Below are positions 21,234 to 30,531 of a stretch of 64,000 nt of DNA, piece by piece; position 1 is the first letter of the stretch; each line of letters opens with the position of its first letter. The position numbers and the translations under genes were made by a program. The notes under the pieces were generated by a model. The model was not told the origin of the DNA. It searched no databases and saw only the letters and a program-made list of their open reading frames with translations. Source of the stretch: an uncultured Acidobacteriota bacterium (lineage in GTDB: Bacteria; Acidobacteriota; Thermoanaerobaculia; Multivoradales; SZUA-115); NCBI GenBank assembly GCA_963805975.1, contig CAWDVR010000005.1:608001-672000 (forward strand), read 5' to 3'.

Positions 21234-22553
21234 ATGAGCAGGCATCTCACCTCTGCGGAGCTTGCAGGACTCTTGGAAGGCGTGGCATCGCGCGACCTCA
21301 TCGCGGAGTTTCTTGAGCATCATTTGGAGGTCTGCGAAATCTGTCGTGAGGAATACGAGCGCTTGCAGAGTGGCGACTCCGGCGAGACCTCCTGGCGGGA
21401 GGTAGTCGAGGTCGCCACGGCCCTTTCAGCAAAGCGAGCCGAACGCTTGGCGCGGCTGGAGCAGATAGCCCAGCGCGAATTCCGCGAACTCATGCGCCTG
21501 CCTTCTTCTTCCCGACGCTACAAGATCAACCGAGCCATCAACCGATTCAGGAGTCCGATCCTTGTGGATCTCCTTCTTGCCGAGAGTAAGCGGCAAGTCA
21601 CGAGCGATCCCTGGACAGCGCTCGCGCTTGCAGAGTGTGCATTCGATGGTGCCTTTAGGGTCTCGCATCGGGAGTTTGGCGAGGCATGGGCCATGACGTG
21701 CCTCGCGCGCGCTCACGCTCATCGCGGGAACGCGCTCCGAACGACGGGTGACTTCAAACAGGCAGATGACAGCCTCCTGTTGGCGCTCAAGATCTTTGAC
21801 CAGGACGGAAACAGAGACCCGCTCATCGAGGCCGAGATCCTCTCCTTCCTCGCGTCACTGCGCATGGACCAGCGTAGCTTCATCGAGGCCGAGGGGTATC
21901 TCGATATGGCGCGGGGTATCTATGAAAGGTTGAGCGAGCAGGCCCTCATCGCCCATATCCTGGTGCAGAAAAGCGTGGTCCTCTTCACCGCAGGAGAGTT
22001 TGACCGGGCGCTTGTTGTGGGCCTCGATGCTCTCGGTGCGATAGACCAGTCCACGGACCCGCGGCTCTACCTATCGGCCGAGCACAACTACACCTTCTTC
22101 CTCATGGAGGTTGGCCGCTACCGGGAGGCATGGGAGCGCCTCGAATCGCAGGCTCCTCTCTACGATGCGTTCCCGGACTCGTGGACTCAGCTTCGACGAC
22201 AGAGGCTCCAGGGCAACGTCCTCCGGGGCCTTGGTCGGCGCGATGAAGCCGAGGCAGCGCTCATCGCGGTGCGCGCCGGATTCGTCCGCGAGGGCCTAGG
22301 CTTCTATGCCGCCATTGCGGGCCTCGACCTTGCCTACCTCTATATCGAGGACAGGCGAACGGCAGAGGTCAAGAAGCTCGCCGAGGAGATGGTGCCCATC
22401 TTCATGGCCCAGGACATTCACCGCGAAGCCTCCGCAGCGCTCCTTCTATTCCAAGAGGCGGCGCGGCAGGAGACGGTCACCATCTCCATGCTCAAGGAGC
22501 TCATCGCGTACATGGGGCGGGTCAGGACAGAACCGGCGCGGAAGGTGTCGTAG
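21234..22553 (+). CDS. N-terminal zinc-finger plus TPR-repeat protein, copy 2
   Basis: HLT...HHLEVCEICR; C-terminal LDLAYLY...LAEEMVPIF...DIHREASAALLLFQ matches copy 1. Confidence 0.9.
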   Translation: MSRHLTSAELAGLLEGVASRDLIAEFLEHHLEVCEICREEYERLQSGDSGETSWREVVEVATALSAKRAERLARLEQIAQREFRELMRLPSSSRRYKINRAINRFRSPILVDLLLAESKRQVTSDPWTALALAECAFDGAFRVSHREFGEAWAMTCLARAHAHRGNALRTTGDFKQADDSLLLALKIFDQDGNRDPLIEAEILSFLASLRMDQRSFIEAEGYLDMARGIYERLSEQALIAHILVQKSVVLFTAGEFDRALVVGLDALGAIDQSTDPRLYLSAEHNYTFFLMEVGRYREAWERLESQAPLYDAFPDSWTQLRRQRLQGNVLRGLGRRDEAEAALIAVRAGFVREGLGFYAAIAGLDLAYLYIEDRRTAEVKKLAEEMVPIFMAQDIHREASAALLLFQEAARQETVTISMLKELIAYMGRVRTEPARKVS

Positions 22554-22933
22554 TGGACGGCGCCGAGGAACTCCTGGCGTTCTGGATCGCGGAAGACCCT
22601 GATCCAGTCGATGTGTTCGAGGATCAGCTGACCGCGCTTCTAGGGGTGCATCGGCATCCTTCGATGTCCTATGACCTCTGGCGGCAGGTGCGGGTGGGGT
22701 TAATCGAGGCAGCGGGAGAGAAGGCGGATGAATTTGCGATCCAGGTCGAGGCAGCGATGACCGAAACCGATCGGGAGGCCGAGCTGAATCAGCGCCGCAA
22801 GACCCAATCGCGGACGAGCAGCCGAGATCACGGCACGACGAGCGTCCAGGCCGAGGTATCCCCCGACTCGAACCCATCCGCGAAGACAAGCGCGCACTCA
22901 TCGAGGAAGAGGCAGCGGACCCATTCCGGGTGA
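22553..22933 (+). CDS. Hypothetical acidic protein, translationally coupled to the TPR gene
   Basis: GTG overlaps the TAG stop; the 3' end overlaps the convergent endonuclease gene, so the true end is doubtful. Confidence 0.4.
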   Translation: MDGAEELLAFWIAEDPDPVDVFEDQLTALLGVHRHPSMSYDLWRQVRVGLIEAAGEKADEFAIQVEAAMTETDREAELNQRRKTQSRTSSRDHGTTSVQAEVSPDSNPSAKTSAHSSRKRQRTHSG

Positions 22934-23781
22934 TCGATGAGTGGATTGCGATTGCCCTGGAACATATACACGACCTCGTTTCGCCAGACCTCCTCGTCGC
23001 TCACGGGATCTTCGACGTGCCATGCCAGGAGATCGGCGAGAAGGCCCATATAGGCGACGGCGGCGTTCACGCCGCCCGAGGTCTGGATGAGCGACCCGTC
23101 GTCGGTGAGGATAAGATCCGGCTCGGCCGCCCCGGTTCCCCCGTGGGTGCCGCCCTCGTAGCGGATGTCCAAATAGAACTGCGCCCGCGCTACGTCTCCC
23201 CTTCGCCCGATCCACGTCTCCCAGGAACCAGTCGAGCCTGAGCCCGTCCGCCAGTTGGAGTTCCCCGGATAGGTGCCGGTACCGCCGCCTTGGCCGTTGT
23301 TCGCCTCGGTCGGCCGCTCCGCACAACCCGCTGGGCAGGCGCGGTAGGGGTTGTTGCCGCGGGAGCTGTTGTACCCGGAGTCCGATAAGAACAGGCCATG
23401 GCAGTCGGTATATGGGAGGTTGGTGCTGACGTCGTCCGGAAAGCCATAGCTATTGGGCCACGTGTGCTCGCGGTTGTAGAAGTCGTTGCCGCCGCCTTCC
23501 TTCGCGTAGCTCGCGTTCTTGTATACATCGAGGATGCGGCTCTCGTCCGCCGGATCCTCGTCGGCCATCTCGAGGATGTCCCACGTGTCCGTCGAGGAGG
23601 AGGTGTACGGAAACCGGATGTGGTCGTCGATCGCTTGGTGAAGGGTGGAGCGGAGAGTGGCCGAGCTGGTGTCGTCTATGGAGTCGTAATACCCGGCGGG
23701 TGGTTGGGCCACGAGCGTGCCGACGAAGCCGAGGCAGAGAAGGGCGAAGGCGGCCGTTCTCGGAATGCGGAGACGGAGCAT
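22828..23781 (-). CDS. Secreted endonuclease I family nuclease (Bsn-like)
   Basis: Signal peptide; YNREHTWPNSYG, NSSRGN, RGDVARAQFY and QGNRNPLIDHPEW motifs; FADGFESGD tail. Confidence 0.92.
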   Translation of the reverse strand: MLRLRIPRTAAFALLCLGFVGTLVAQPPAGYYDSIDDTSSATLRSTLHQAIDDHIRFPYTSSSTDTWDILEMADEDPADESRILDVYKNASYAKEGGGNDFYNREHTWPNSYGFPDDVSTNLPYTDCHGLFLSDSGYNSSRGNNPYRACPAGCAERPTEANNGQGGGTGTYPGNSNWRTGSGSTGSWETWIGRRGDVARAQFYLDIRYEGGTHGGTGAAEPDLILTDDGSLIQTSGGVNAAVAYMGLLADLLAWHVEDPVSDEEVWRNEVVYMFQGNRNPLIDHPEWVRCLFLDECALVFADGFESGDTSAWTLVVP

Positions 23782-23891
23782 GTCCATCCTCCTCGCAGCA
23801 CAGGACTCAGGTTGGCTGTCTATCATGAGCCCGCACCTGCGCTTTGAGGAACATAGGGCGAGCAGCGAATAGAGAGTGTGTGGACTTGGAC

Positions 23892-24128
23892 TCAGCCTGG
23901 GTATCTCTCGGGGTCGTTGCCATATGTGTGCTCGGTCTGAATGCGCCCGTTCTGGCCCTTGATGATGAGCTGTCCCGGTTCAGCCGCGCGCGCCTTCTCC
24001 CGCCCGGCCTCTACCGCCTCAGCCTTGGTGTCGAAGTGAGCGACCGCACGAGCGGCACCCGGCTTCGTAAGATCCCAGCCGCCGCGCTTCGAGTTCGTCT
24101 GAACGATGAACTGCTGCCGCTGTGCCAT
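23892..24128 (-). CDS. DUF2188-family small protein
   Basis: GGW...ARAVAHFDTKAEAVEAGRE...LIIKGQNGRIQTEHTYGNDP pattern. Confidence 0.85.
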   Translation of the reverse strand: MAQRQQFIVQTNSKRGGWDLTKPGAARAVAHFDTKAEAVEAGREKARAAEPGQLIIKGQNGRIQTEHTYGNDPERYPG

Positions 24129-24284
24129 GTGATCTCCCCCTGGAGCTTTTCTGGTTGACGTGTCTGCTGAGTATAAGGCATCAGAGCAAAGCCCTTGGCG
24201 GGCATCGCCTTCGAGGTCGCAAGGTACTCGCAGGCCCTGATATGGGAGCGCGCATATCGCACGCGCCCAGACTCAGGGAGAAAC

Positions 24285-24686
24285 ATGATGAACGAACTTG
24301 AAGTGCCGGACGCGCCTCGCTCGCAATACTCCTACGGCATTCGTGAGACGTTGCGGTGGAGGCTGAAGGATCCTGCCAAAGCTGCCGCGCTCGATGCACT
24401 GACAGAGATTGTGTTTGATTGGATCTATGAGACGGGCCAGTACGGCCCCGGCGGCCTAGAGGGATCTCTGTTTGCTCGGGAGGTACGGGCGATCACCGCA
24501 GATCTCCGGCATGCGATCTTCTGCTACGAGGAAGTGTCGCGGGCACACCTCGACGACGCCCTGCCGCCAGAGATAGAGAAGCTGGGGCGCCTGGCAGGGC
24601 ACTGGGCCAAGAGGCTGACGAAGGTGGCAGATGCGATCGATGCGACCTTGGCATCCGGACACTGGCCGTCTGAATCAGGCGTTTAG
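24285..24686 (+). CDS. Hypothetical helical protein
   Basis: AGGGAG RBS before ATGATG; protein-like composition; no recognised motif. Confidence 0.6.
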   Translation: MMNELEVPDAPRSQYSYGIRETLRWRLKDPAKAAALDALTEIVFDWIYETGQYGPGGLEGSLFAREVRAITADLRHAIFCYEEVSRAHLDDALPPEIEKLGRLAGHWAKRLTKVADAIDATLASGHWPSESGV

Positions 24687-24795
24687 AGACCTCGTTGGAC
24701 TTGAATGCGGGGGCGGCCCTCGCGGGTTCGCCCCGTTCGCTGCAGCGGTGTCCACGTGAAGATCTTCCGGCCATCCTCGTTTGTAGACGCTTCGA

Positions 24796-24842
24796 GAACG
24801 AGGAAAACCCCGGCCGGTGAAGGCGCAGGGCTTCTCTCGTTC
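24796..24842. repeat. Hairpin, third copy of the GCCCCGGCCGGTGAAGGC..GGGCTTCTCT element
   Basis: Related to the hairpins at 28461-28498 and 30536-30572. Confidence 0.75.
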
Positions 24843-24904
24843 CTGGGCTCCTCGGATGCGGGGGCATCCATCCCTTCCGTACCGGGCGTGGCGGAGGGTA
24901 GGCG

Positions 24905-24957
24905 TGGTTGCGCTTGACGGCCAGATTTGAACCGGCGACCTGTAGATTACGAATCTG
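24905..24957 (-). pseudogene. Degenerate 3' half of tRNA-Thr(CGT)
   Basis: Minus strand CAGA-TTCGTAA-TCTA CAGGTC GCCGG-TTCAAAT-CTGGC ...ACCA; no canonical D-arm upstream. Confidence 0.65.
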
Positions 24958-25275
24958 GTCCTTACCTGGCACCGCTCGGAAGCTGGCGGCTCCGACGCGT
25001 GGCAAACTATTGCCAGGTGAGGAGTTAGCCAGAGGAATACGCGGCCGTACACGTGCGGCATGTCCTATGCTGTGCGCAACTATTCAGGAGCGATGACCGC
25101 AAACAGTTGAACTCTGATATCTTCTGACGACGCGTATACCCTAAACTGAGGGAAGTGAGTCCGCGACTCCTGCCTTGGCCCACAAGGCGGCAGCATGAAC
25201 CCCTGTACTAGGATTACGAGCATGCAGCAGGTCCACCACCCCAAACCCTAGCACTCGAGGGAAGGAACCTACATC

Positions 25276-25791
25276 ATGCTCATGCCCCAACTTCCGACCC
25301 AAGCCCACCGACCCGCCCTCTCCCGAATCCTTGATCGAGAAGACCTGAGCGCGATCCTCGCGATTTACAAGCCAGAGCACAGATATGTCGCAGAAGCGAC
25401 CCTTCACGGTCGGGAGTTAACATGCTCGCTTCGTCAGGGTACTTATCCATACACTACTCACCAGATCTTCGACTACATCACAGCACCAACCTTGACCCTG
25501 CTCGCCTGCCAGATGACCTACGTCATGGTTGCGGGGCTGGTGCTTCTGGCCGACCCGATTACCGAGGCTATCGGTGGCTGGGATCGCTTTCTGCAACTAC
25601 GCAATGACGCTCACCTTCGGATAGGAACCATGGACGTACGCTTCGCCGAGGAGGTCAAGGCGGCAAAGTTCCTTCCGGCAACAATTAAGGTCCAAAGGTC
25701 CCATACGCTCCGCAGCGTCTCCCATTGCAGATTCGAGTTCTCTATCGGCAACGGAATCACTGGTACTATCCACGGTCTCATAATGAAATAA
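25276..25791 (+). CDS. Hotdog-fold protein, FcoT-like thioesterase
   Basis: IYKPEHRYV...CQMTYV pattern recalls the FcoT family; AAGGAA RBS. Confidence 0.55.
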   Translation: MLMPQLPTQAHRPALSRILDREDLSAILAIYKPEHRYVAEATLHGRELTCSLRQGTYPYTTHQIFDYITAPTLTLLACQMTYVMVAGLVLLADPITEAIGGWDRFLQLRNDAHLRIGTMDVRFAEEVKAAKFLPATIKVQRSHTLRSVSHCRFEFSIGNGITGTIHGLIMK

Positions 25792-25803
25792 GTCCTGATC
25801 GCC

Positions 25804-26460
25804 ATGGCAAACGGCCTTAACTATTGCGTAAAGGCGGAGACCGCCACGTTGGTGTTAAACACCATCTACGCGATTTTTTTGGGCCTCCTGTTCACCTTTT
25901 TCTTTGATCAGGACGTCCAGAATGGTGGCGTGTCGAGCGTCTACTTTCTAGTTTCAAAGAGGAACTGGATTCCCGTAGTATCGATCTCTATCTACTTTCT
26001 GCTCGACTGGCTCACAACCAATCTTACGGTAACGCTAAAGGGGGCCATGAACCACCTGCTCCTGATAGTGATGGTGCTGCTGATCAGTTATCTCGGCGGA
26101 TTAGTTGTCCTTGCCTTCGCCCCTCAGACCGAACTCTATCTGCTTTTTGCCATCTACGCGAGCATCGTGCCTTGGTGGGACCTTTTTCTCAAAGTCCGAG
26201 ACCCTTCATCAGCAGAAGGCGCCGCGATCACTAAAGCAAATCTTGTGTCGTGGGCACTGATACTGTGCAGGATATGCGTTGGTGTTTTCATGCTTCTGCA
26301 AGCGTCACTGGACAAGTGGCTAGATCATCCCGCCACCGGCCAAGGACTATCTAATGCACTCTTAATAACCTATGTTATTCTGAAACTCGTCCGCTACTTC
26401 GCCTATGTCCACTATGAGCTTGCCGCCTCCCGACAAACTGAGGCACTGATGCCACCATGA
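25804..26460 (+). CDS. Multi-pass membrane protein, hypothetical
   Basis: About six hydrophobic segments; ATGA coupling to the next gene. Confidence 0.75.
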   Translation: MANGLNYCVKAETATLVLNTIYAIFLGLLFTFFFDQDVQNGGVSSVYFLVSKRNWIPVVSISIYFLLDWLTTNLTVTLKGAMNHLLLIVMVLLISYLGGLVVLAFAPQTELYLLFAIYASIVPWWDLFLKVRDPSSAEGAAITKANLVSWALILCRICVGVFMLLQASLDKWLDHPATGQGLSNALLITYVILKLVRYFAYVHYELAASRQTEALMPP

Positions 26461-27860
26461 TCACTCTACTTATCACTCTTGCTGCATACTATGCTATTAC
26501 ACTGACTATCGGTCTTGTAAAGACTCGGCGCTCGACTGCTGCCGAGTATGTACATGCCCCTAGATACTTTCGGCTGGCTTCCCACGGCGGGTCTACCTGG
26601 TAGGTACAGTCGTCGGCGGAGGGATGTTTCTAGGAGTAGCACAACTAGGTTTTGACTCTAGTCTCTCTGCCTTTGCGCTTGGAGTCAGCTGCCTGGCGGG
26701 ATCTCTAGTTTTCGGGCTCCTCGCGCCCTCCATTCGTCGCTGGGCACGGGACCACCAAGTTAGGACTCTGTTTGGGGTTTTCGAAGCGCTCTATCCATCT
26801 CGCGGTCGCCAGCCTTCGATGGAGGCCTTGTTCGCTGGAGCGACTCTGTTCGTCTTCTTCCTAATGCTAGCTGTCCAGTTTGTGGGAGTCGGAAGCTTCC
26901 TATCGTTTCGAGCGGGCATCAACCTTCCTCTTGCCGTTGCAATCGGATCAGCGGTAGTAGCGGTCATTTCGACGCTTATTTATTCAGTTGTCGGTGGTTT
27001 CAAGAGAGATGTCTTAACCGATCTGTTTCAGGTTGCTGCGATTATTATTGGCCTGGTTCCGCTTGTTCTCGGGTTGATAGACCATGACGCGCTCGATAAA
27101 GTCCAAAGTCTTCCTCCTGAAACCTTTCGCCTTGAATCGGAGCACCTTGATCTTTTTTTCTGGCTTCTGCTCTTCGTTGCGCCAACATTTTTGGTTCGCT
27201 TCGATCTCTGGCAGAGAGCAATCGCCGGCCAAGACGGATACTGCCGCCAGAAATGCTTTCTGGGCGAGTGGAGTCGCAAGCGCTATCTTCTTCTCTGTTT
27301 TTTTCGTGGAGTTGGACTTTTCGGTCGCGCTCTGGGACTCGAGAATCTCCCCACACATCGGCCTTGAAGTAATCAGTAACGTCGTGCCGACACATCTGCT
27401 GGGCTTGGTATTGGCAGCCTTCTTCGCTGCTGTGATGTCTTCGGCCGAATACGTTTCTTGGAGTCGCTGGATTGGCGTTGGCGAAGTGTACTATCTATCG
27501 TAAGAATGAGCTAGAAGTGCTCAGGACGACAAGATCTGAGTATCGAGACTTCGTTTTCTCGCCTTGTCGGTCGGCTTAGTTGCTTGTGCTTTCGCCTACC
27601 TCATCCGAGATATTGTCGATTTTTTGTTCGCTGCTGCCTACGGAATTCTGATAGTTTTTCTGCCGGCACTCATAGGAGGTATTGCGCGAAAGGACCCGCG
27701 AGAAATGGAGGCGCGCTGGAGTGCGATTCTCGGCCTGGTCACAGTTGTTCCTCTGCTGTTCGTTATCCCAACTGAGGCATTTCTGCCTGGGATTGTGGTC
27801 TCGACGGCAACCTATTTGCTTTTGGCGCGCAAGGCGAGACGACCCAGGTCCGGACCTTGA
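26457..27860 (+). pseudogene. Sodium:solute symporter family transporter, frameshifted
   Basis: TVVGGGMFLG, YSVVGGFKRDVLTDLFQ, WQRAIA and AAFFAAVMSSA motifs spread over several frames. Confidence 0.85.
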
Positions 27861-27998
27861 TCTTGATCTGCAGGACGGGTTAACCTCGCCGACTCATCGC
27901 TGATATCTGCCTTTCTCGTCGGATCTACAAACAACGTTTGTACACCCACGTGACCGCGTGACCGCTCCCGCACCACAAGGCACGGGCCAGAGACTAGC

Positions 27999-28196
27999 TT
28001 CCCCATCGCGCTCGGCATCCGTTCCTACTGGTACGTCGATCCGCCGAGACTTTTCTTCCTCAAGGCCGCCCACCGGTGGCAGCACCTGTACGTGATCGGC
28101 AGGACCGGTTTCTGGAAGGCGACGCTCCTTCGGCACAGAGTACTCCAGCACCTATAGAACGGCTCGGCCTGGCGCTCCTTGATCCCGATGGCAACT
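27999..28196 (+). pseudogene. Decayed N-terminal fragment of a VirD4/TraD-like ATPase
   Basis: RWQHLYVIGRTGFWKATLL, then a stop, then GLALLDPDG; compare RLSHLYTIGKTGTGKSTLL...GLALFDPHG in the gene at 40927. Confidence 0.7.
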
Positions 28197-28455
28197 CCCA
28201 GAGATCTTGGACATGGTCCACACTCTGGCCACCACCATCCTCTGCACCGACTCCTGCACCGCTGCGGCATCCTGGCCATCCAGGGACAAAGCTACTCCCT
28301 CCTCCACAGCCGGGTGGTCCCACTTCCAAAGAGCACCTTGGAATATCTTTTTAGGGCTCGTTGGCAAGAGGCGATGGTACGGAAGCTACCTCGCCCAGCC
28401 AAGACAGATTCGGCTACGTCGTTTGAAGTAGAGTGAATGGCAATTCGCGCTAGGA

Positions 28456-28669
28456 CACCAGAGAGAGCCCCGGCCGGTAACGGCACGGGGCTTCTCTCTA
28501 CGGAGCACAGCGACTCGTGGAACGCCACGAGGCCACGTGTCTCCGAAGGATGATCCGCGATCCAGGTCAAGAGCAGGGTTAGGGTGTCAGGTAAGCGCGC
28601 AGGAACGTCTGCCTGCTTGATCAGGCAGGTGTCGAAAGGCTTCGAGGTGTGCTCTGTTGAAGGGCACAA
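28456..28669 (-). repeat. Imperfect copy of the serine recombinase 3' end plus terminator
   Basis: Aligns to 30532-30755; encodes PDTLTLLLTWIADHPSETRGLVAFHESL. Confidence 0.92.
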
Positions 28670-28757
28670 GACGGTGACCTCTGCCGCTGTGGCGGCGGTC
28701 AGGGGCCGAAGAGGCCGTGATGTCCAGGATGCTAGATGGCTCATCCTGCAAGCGTAG

Positions 28758-28782
28758 AAAAAGGGCGCGCTAAGCACGCCCT
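28758..28782 (-). terminator. Rho-independent terminator of the cargo unit
   Basis: Minus strand AGGGCGTGC-TTA-GCGCGCCCT-TTTT. Confidence 0.75.
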
Positions 28783-28984
28783 GACGCCGCCATCGAATCC
28801 TACATTTCCGGAGGCATGCTCTCGCAGCGATTGCTCCTGCGACTCTGGTTGCTTCGTGTCCTCTGGCGGGAATCGTGAATGAGAGCCGCGCGATGGTTTC
28901 TCGCGAACCCGAGATGATCCTCACGCGATCCTCTCCAATGCGCTCATACCGAAGCTTCTCGCTCTGTTGTTCGGCTTCTGGCAT
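28783..28984 (-). CDS. Small hypothetical protein (MPEAEQQSEKLRYERIGEDRVRII...), end uncertain
   Basis: GGAGG RBS before ATG 28984; the frame runs through the terminator, so the true stop is probably hidden by an indel. Confidence 0.4.
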
Positions 28985-29082
28985 ATGGCCTACCTCCGTG
29001 TTCGGATTGAATCTAGCTCCAGTATGCCACTGCGATTCTGAAATGCCAGCATTATCCCCGGCTCCCCTGGTAGCAGTCTGAT

Positions 29083-30147
29083 CTAGGAAGACGGTGGGGT
29101 TGCCCCTGTTGTTCGGTTGAAATTCGACCACTTCTCAACTATGGGATAGACAGCGAATGCAAGCGAAACGATCCACTCAGGGTCGTATCGCTCCACGAAG
29201 ACACCCTTAGAGGCGCTATCGAGACAAAGAAATCCGAGGAGATCCTTCGCATCCGCTTCCTCCGATCGCTTGATCGGCGCAACGATCGCACTGCGGTACG
29301 GCAGCGGCCAGTGGAGCCTGCGGAGCTTATTGGTAAAAAACGGAAATCGGATCTCTGGGGGTTTGTCGTAGATCTCAAAGCTGGTGTTCTGATAACTGCG
29401 TCGTGTCGGAAGGTCATTGTCGAAGAAAAAGCGAGTCTTCGCCCGATCTCTGTCCGACAGGACCCAGGCAAAGGCAGTATTGGCACGGAGCCAGTGCGTA
29501 GCGCCGTCCGTCTTTCTCTTTTTTGATTTGCTGTCTCGTACGAGCGTTGACACTGCAAGCTGAGGCTCGGTTGCCCCGGTCGCGCCGATCACCTTGATGC
29601 ACACCGCGCAACTTGTCCCGGTTATCATTCCAAAGGCAGCGGACAAGTTGTCACAAACCTTGCTCGCGCTTGTGGTCAGCTCGTTGACGGTCGTCAACTC
29701 TGAACTCTGACAGATATGGATTGCCTCTCGGAAGAACTCCGCTGCTTCCGCATAGCGCGCTTTTCGAGAGTAGCGGTACTCCTGGGCCACGGCGAGAGAG
29801 AACGAAACGAGGGCGAACAGAGCCAGCAGGGACATTCCCCACTTGCCCTCGGATCCGGTCCGGACCAGGTAAATATGGAGGAGGCCCCAGATGCTGGCGA
29901 AGCCGCCAGCGAGGCCGACAGACGAAAAGAGAAATCGACGGATGCCTATCACGCTAACTCGAGATGGCTCCTTACTCGCGGAGTTTAGCGAGAAGCGAGT
30001 AAGGCGGTCAAGTCCTCTGTCGAACCGTGCTCGTACAGATTCGCCGTTGTCCGCCTGGACAGCGGCAACAAGTCCTATCGCGGCTCTCCAGCCAGCAACC
30101 GACTCACCAAGCGGCCCGCAGAGGATACTGGAGCCAAGGAAGCTCAT
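29083..30147 (-). CDS. Two-TM membrane protein with C-terminal GAF-like domain
   Basis: Two hydrophobic helices; YRSAIVAPI...LLGFLCLDS GAF-like end; true start probably later (~29952). Confidence 0.7.
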   Translation of the reverse strand: MSFLGSSILCGPLGESVAGWRAAIGLVAAVQADNGESVRARFDRGLDRLTRFSLNSASKEPSRVSVIGIRRFLFSSVGLAGGFASIWGLLHIYLVRTGSEGKWGMSLLALFALVSFSLAVAQEYRYSRKARYAEAAEFFREAIHICQSSELTTVNELTTSASKVCDNLSAAFGMITGTSCAVCIKVIGATGATEPQLAVSTLVRDSKSKKRKTDGATHWLRANTAFAWVLSDRDRAKTRFFFDNDLPTRRSYQNTSFEIYDKPPEIRFPFFTNKLRRLHWPLPYRSAIVAPIKRSEEADAKDLLGFLCLDSASKGVFVERYDPEWIVSLAFAVYPIVEKWSNFNRTTGATPPSS

Positions 30148-30531
30148 GGCCGGTTAGCATATTACCACTTCCTGGCGTGGACTGTGAGGAATCTCACAGC
30201 CAGTGGGGATTCTTGAGGCGAGCGTGCTCTAGCACCTGAGCGCGGCAACGATCATCGGGTGGGAGAAGAGCGGCTTGCCGACTCTTGTCGTCCGCGGGGT
30301 CGTAGTGGCAGTGGCCGGCGGGATGCTAGGCAGCAGGCCTGGTGACAAGTGTGAGGCCGGAGATGCAATCCGAACGATGGTAGTGTGATTGTGGGGTATA
30401 GAGAGGCTTCGGTCGAGGCAGTGCTTGAGTGAGTAGGCGCTGCGAGGACAGATGTGACGCTAGCGTCGAGCGCGGCCGTGGAGGAGATGTCGGCCCTCGG
30501 CCTCAAGCTCTGGTCGCGATGGAAGATGCCT

